Positions 60,586 through 64,000 of a stretch of DNA of 64,000 nt are shown in pieces. The stretch covers positions 160,254 to 224,253 of the forward strand of contig CASEOG010000002.1 of the NCBI GenBank assembly GCA_949289575.1, given 5' to 3'. The position numbers and the translations under genes were made by a program. The stretch's first letter is position 1. The number at the start of each line of letters is the position of its first letter. The DNA comes from an uncultured Spirochaetales bacterium (lineage in GTDB: Bacteria; Spirochaetota; Spirochaetia; JAFGXN01). Below the pieces are notes generated by a model, which was not told the origin of the DNA, did no database searches, and was given only the letters and a program-made list of their open reading frames with translations.

Positions 60586-60604
60586 GACAGAAAGGATAGT
60601 GATT

Positions 60605-62332
60605 ATGAACGAAGAACGATTGGCGACGATACGTCACTCATTTGCGCATGTGATGGCGGAAGCCGTTCTGCAGCTGTTTCCCGAAGCCAAAACAGCCATC
60701 GGACCGGCCATTCAAAACGGATTTTATTATGATTTTGATTTACCGCGGACACTGCTTCCGGAAGATTTGGATGAAATTGCATCCCGCATGGAAAATATTA
60801 TCAAAAAGGGAGGCGAATTTCGAAAAACGGTCGTTTCCCGAGAGGAAGCGCTGTCCCGTTTTGCGGATCAGCCGTTTAAAACCGAACTGATTCGCGATTT
60901 ACCCGAGGATGCCGAGATTTCTCTTTACACGCAGGGTGAATTTACCGATTTGTGCCGCGGTCCCCACGTCGAAAATTTGAAGGAATTGAATTTTAAGGCA
61001 TTCAAGCTGACCGGAACGGCCGGGGCTTACTGGCGCGGCGATGAAAAACGACCGATGCTGCAGCGCATTTACGGACTTGCCTTTGCCGACCCGAAAGATT
61101 TGCGCGCCTATCTCAATCAGCTGGCCGAAGCCGAAAAACGGGATCACCGGAAACTGGGAAGAGAGCTGGATCTGTTTTCGCTGCACGAAGAGGCCGGTCC
61201 CGGACTGGTTTACTGGCATCCGAAAGGAGCCCGCATTCGTCTGACAATCGAAAATTTCTGGCGGGATCGCCACTATCAAAACGGATACGAAATGCTCTAT
61301 ACGCCTCATGTCGGAAAGTCGTGGCTGTGGCAGACGTCGGGGCATCTTGATTTTTATAAAGAGGGAATGTATCCCAAAATGGAAATGGACAATCTCGATT
61401 ATTATGTCAAGCCGATGAACTGTCCGTTTCATATCATGATTTACAACAACAGCAAGCACAGCTACCGCGAACTGCCTTGCCGCTGGGCGGAGCTGGGAAC
61501 CGTTTACCGCTATGAAAAAGCGGGCGCTCTGCACGGACTGCTGCGTGTCCGCGGTTTTACGCAGGACGATGCCCACATTATCTGCCGCCCCGATCAGGTC
61601 GAGTCGGAAATTCGCGAAGTTCTGCGCTTTTCGTTGGAAATGCTGCGGGCATTCGGTTTCAGCGAGTTCAAAGCCTATATTTCGACCAAGCCGGAAAAAT
61701 CGGTCGGTGACGAAAAAGACTGGGATCTGGCTACCCGTTCTCTCGAAAAAGCGGTGGAAGCCGAAAAACTGGAATACGACGTCGATGCCGGCGGCGGTGC
61801 GTTCTACGGGCCGAAAATCGACCTGAAAATCAAAGATGCGCTCGGCCGCGAATGGCAGCTGTCGACCATTCAGTTCGACTTCAATTTGCCGACCCGGTTC
61901 GATATGACATATACCGAAAAAGACGGTACCGAACAGAGACCGTTTATGATTCACCGCGCTCTGTTGGGATCGATCGAGCGGTTCTTCGGAATTTTAATCG
62001 AACACTATGCCGGGGCGTTCCCGTTCTGGCTGTCGCCGGTTCAGATTAAAGTGATTCCCGTTGCCGAGGCGTTTGATGATTACGCGACGGAAATGGCCGG
62101 CCGGCTGAAAGCTGCCGGATTCCGTGTCGAAACCGATTTAAGCGACGACCGGATGAATGCCAAAATCCGCAATGCCCAGAAGAGCAAAATTCCGTGCATG
62201 CTGATTCTCGGAGACAAAGAAAAAGAGAGCGGAACGGTCAGTATCCGCTACCGTGACGGACGGCAGGTCAACGGAATCGCCGTGAGTGACCTGATTGACG
62301 AACTGAATACCGCGGTTGCGGAAAAACGGTAG
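60605..62332 (+). CDS. thrS: Threonine--tRNA ligase, short form lacking the N-terminal TGS domain
   Basis: IRHSFAHVMAEAV, DLCRGPHV, GAYWRGDE, KPMNCPFH, LRVRGFTQDDAH and GAFYGPKID motifs. Confidence 0.97.
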   Translation: MNEERLATIRHSFAHVMAEAVLQLFPEAKTAIGPAIQNGFYYDFDLPRTLLPEDLDEIASRMENIIKKGGEFRKTVVSREEALSRFADQPFKTELIRDLPEDAEISLYTQGEFTDLCRGPHVENLKELNFKAFKLTGTAGAYWRGDEKRPMLQRIYGLAFADPKDLRAYLNQLAEAEKRDHRKLGRELDLFSLHEEAGPGLVYWHPKGARIRLTIENFWRDRHYQNGYEMLYTPHVGKSWLWQTSGHLDFYKEGMYPKMEMDNLDYYVKPMNCPFHIMIYNNSKHSYRELPCRWAELGTVYRYEKAGALHGLLRVRGFTQDDAHIICRPDQVESEIREVLRFSLEMLRAFGFSEFKAYISTKPEKSVGDEKDWDLATRSLEKAVEAEKLEYDVDAGGGAFYGPKIDLKIKDALGREWQLSTIQFDFNLPTRFDMTYTEKDGTEQRPFMIHRALLGSIERFFGILIEHYAGAFPFWLSPVQIKVIPVAEAFDDYATEMAGRLKAAGFRVETDLSDDRMNAKIRNAQKSKIPCMLILGDKEKESGTVSIRYRDGRQVNGIAVSDLIDELNTAVAEKR

Positions 62333-62340
62333 GAGGACTT

Positions 62341-62967
62341 ATGAATCTGCCGACGAAGATCACCGTTGTCCGGATTGTTCTGACGCCGCTGTTTTTTGTC
62401 TTTTTCCTGTTGCCGGAGTGGGCGCTGTACTGGTTCTACGATTATCTGACCGAAGATTCGCTGTTTGTTGTGAATGTCGTTTCCGTAGCGGCGGTCTGGC
62501 TTTTTCTGATTCTGGCCGAGATTTCCGATGCGGCCGACGGGTTTATCGCGCGCCGGTATCACATGGTGACCGATTTGGGAAAACTGATGGATCCTTTTTC
62601 GGATGTGCTGATCCGCATTACTTACTTTGTCTGTTTTGCGGTTTCCGGACTGATGCCGGTCTGGATTCTGATGGTGATTCTTTACCGGGAGCTGGCGCAG
62701 ATGTTCGTTCGGATGCTGGCCGTCAAAGACGGGACGGTGATTCCGGCCAATCTCTGGGGAAAACTGAAAGCGATTCTTTATGCCGTTGTTTCGATTGCCG
62801 GGTTGGCGGCCGAGAGCGTTTTCCGGTTTGTGCCCGATTTGGATGCGGCGGTTTCCGAATATATCGGAATCGGGTTGACGGTTCTGTTTTCGGCGGCGGC
62901 CGTTGCCAGCGTGGTCTCCTTTCTGACTTATCTGATTCCGTTCTTAAAGACGCAATCTGCAGACTGA
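62341..62967 (+). CDS. pgsA: CDP-diacylglycerol--glycerol-3-phosphate 3-phosphatidyltransferase
   Basis: MNLPTKITVVR and the D..DG.IARR....TDLGKLMDP..D motif. Confidence 0.92.
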   Translation: MNLPTKITVVRIVLTPLFFVFFLLPEWALYWFYDYLTEDSLFVVNVVSVAAVWLFLILAEISDAADGFIARRYHMVTDLGKLMDPFSDVLIRITYFVCFAVSGLMPVWILMVILYRELAQMFVRMLAVKDGTVIPANLWGKLKAILYAVVSIAGLAAESVFRFVPDLDAAVSEYIGIGLTVLFSAAAVASVVSFLTYLIPFLKTQSAD

Positions 62968-62981
62968 ATTTTCAATGATAT

Positions 62982-63023
62982 AAAAAACCCTTCCGGGTAT
63001 CGGCTCGGAAGGGTTTTTCTTTT
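62982..63023 (+). terminator. Intrinsic terminator after pgsA
   Basis: AAAAACCCTTCCGGG...CTCGGAAGGGTTTTT. Confidence 0.85.
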
Positions 63024-63031
63024 CTGTCCGA

Positions 63032-63060
63032 TTGACAAAAAAAAAATATTCCGTTAAAAT
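63032..63060 (+). promoter_or_regulatory. sigma70 promoter
   Basis: TTGACA, 17 bp spacer, TAAAAT; GGAGG SD before 63081. Confidence 0.75.
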
Positions 63061-63080
63061 CGATTCGGAGGCAAAGAGAT

Positions 63081-63866
63081 ATGAAGGTCACTGCTTTTAT
63101 CATTGCGGCAGTTATGTCGTGTCTGACATGGGCATGCGTTTACGAAATCGATAAACCGCTTCCCGAATGCGAATTGTCGGTTGCCGCCGTCAATCTGACG
63201 GAGAAAAACGATTCGTACGATGAGGCTGTTGCGGAAATAACGGCGGTCGGTGCCGATGTCGTAATGCTGAGCGGATTCGGAGAGGGGTGGGAGACGATCG
63301 GAGCCCGTTTTGAGGAAAAGGGATATGCGGTTTCATTTCATACGGAAGTGTTTGAAAGAGAAGTGTTTCGGCTCGCCTTTCTTGTCAAAAAAGAAATTGA
63401 AGTCGGGGAGACGGTCGCCTGCGGAGAGGCGTATATCAACGGATATCCCGGGCAGAATGCCAAGTTGGGGATTCTTCGTCTGAATGTCAACGGTCATTCC
63501 GTTACCCTGCTGACGATGAATCCGGTTCGTTATGACAAGTTTGTTTCCGGTCTGTTGGATAAGATTTCCGACGGACGATTCGTTTACGAAAATGCGGAGC
63601 CGGCTGTCAAAATCGACGGTGAACCGGTCATCTGGGGCGGAGATTTCGGATTTCTGCCGACATCCCGCCTGTATAAAGAATTCGGTCAGTCGGGGCTGAC
63701 GGATGCGCATACGGCCGATGACCACCGTTACAATATGACGGAAAATAACAGTGTCCGTACCGACTATCTGTTCTGTTCGAAAACAATTCAACCTTCCTTT
63801 TCGGGAACGTTTCGGGTTTCGGGTTCGAATCACCGGGGTGTTGTTGCCGGGTTTTCTTTTCAATAA
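63081..63866 (+). CDS. Endonuclease/exonuclease/phosphatase (EEP) fold protein with a degenerate active site, probably exported
   Basis: VAAVNL, ADVVMLSG, IWGGDFG, RTDYLF and SGSNHRGV positions match the EEP layout; hydrophobic N-terminus. Confidence 0.7.
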   Translation: MKVTAFIIAAVMSCLTWACVYEIDKPLPECELSVAAVNLTEKNDSYDEAVAEITAVGADVVMLSGFGEGWETIGARFEEKGYAVSFHTEVFEREVFRLAFLVKKEIEVGETVACGEAYINGYPGQNAKLGILRLNVNGHSVTLLTMNPVRYDKFVSGLLDKISDGRFVYENAEPAVKIDGEPVIWGGDFGFLPTSRLYKEFGQSGLTDAHTADDHRYNMTENNSVRTDYLFCSKTIQPSFSGTFRVSGSNHRGVVAGFSFQ

Positions 63867-63896
63867 AAAAAACGCCCTTTTGGGGCGTTTTTTTTT
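63865..63896. terminator. Bidirectional intrinsic terminator
   Basis: A-tract, CGCCC-tttt-GGGGCG, T-tract. Confidence 0.8.
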
Positions 63897-63924
63897 GTCG
63901 TTGCCGACGGGTTGTCGAACGGTG

Positions 63925-63999
63925 CTATTCTTCGTTTTCTTCCGTTTCGGCGGGGATCAGAGTCACTTCGGCGAGTCCGATGCGTCTGTCCCGAATTTC
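63925..63999 (-). CDS. C-terminal fragment of a gene running in from beyond the window (possibly CorC/HlyC-like)
   Basis: EIRDRRIGLAEVTLIPAETEENEE* ends just before the bidirectional terminator. Confidence 0.35.
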   Translation of the reverse strand, partial: EIRDRRIGLAEVTLIPAETEENEE

Positions 64000-64000
64000 C

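Noticed and set aside
60563-60604. T-box or translational operator upstream of thrS, glyQS or lysS
   Set aside because: Leaders are too short (0-30 nt from the predicted promoters) and have no T-box sequence.

Overview
About 58 closely packed protein-coding genes from a bacterial chromosome, very probably an anaerobic, motile, host-associated spirochaete. Supporting signs: class I LysRS, alpha2-type GlyRS, groL without adjacent groS, the comEC-rsmA pair, many lipoproteins and MCPs. I saw no rRNA, tRNA, CRISPR, IS element, integrase or reverse transcriptase. Housekeeping blocks are folE-folP-folK, argR-C-B-D plus argG-argA, glyQS, lysS, thrS, groL, yajC-secD-secF, ispH and pgsA. Accessory content includes three large surface lipoproteins (one with an FGE/C-lectin-like C-terminus), GH29 and GH95 fucosidases, a GH20 hexosaminidase and tandem MCPs. 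Top candidate for an undescribed system: a six-gene operon (41008-46280, minus strand) with its own promoter and terminator. It encodes two paralogous SCP2-like proteins, a class III aminotransferase resembling the fumonisin aminotransferase FumI, a split transketolase with altered substrate-binding residues, and a VOC enzyme. I infer a kinase-independent route for sphingoid-base (long-chain amino-diol) catabolism. Second candidate: a 16-codon leader peptide with a complete 1:2 / 2:3 / 3:4 translational attenuator upstream of corA. Several genes also appear to be expressed from leaderless mRNAs. All family calls are by eye from motifs; no searches were run.
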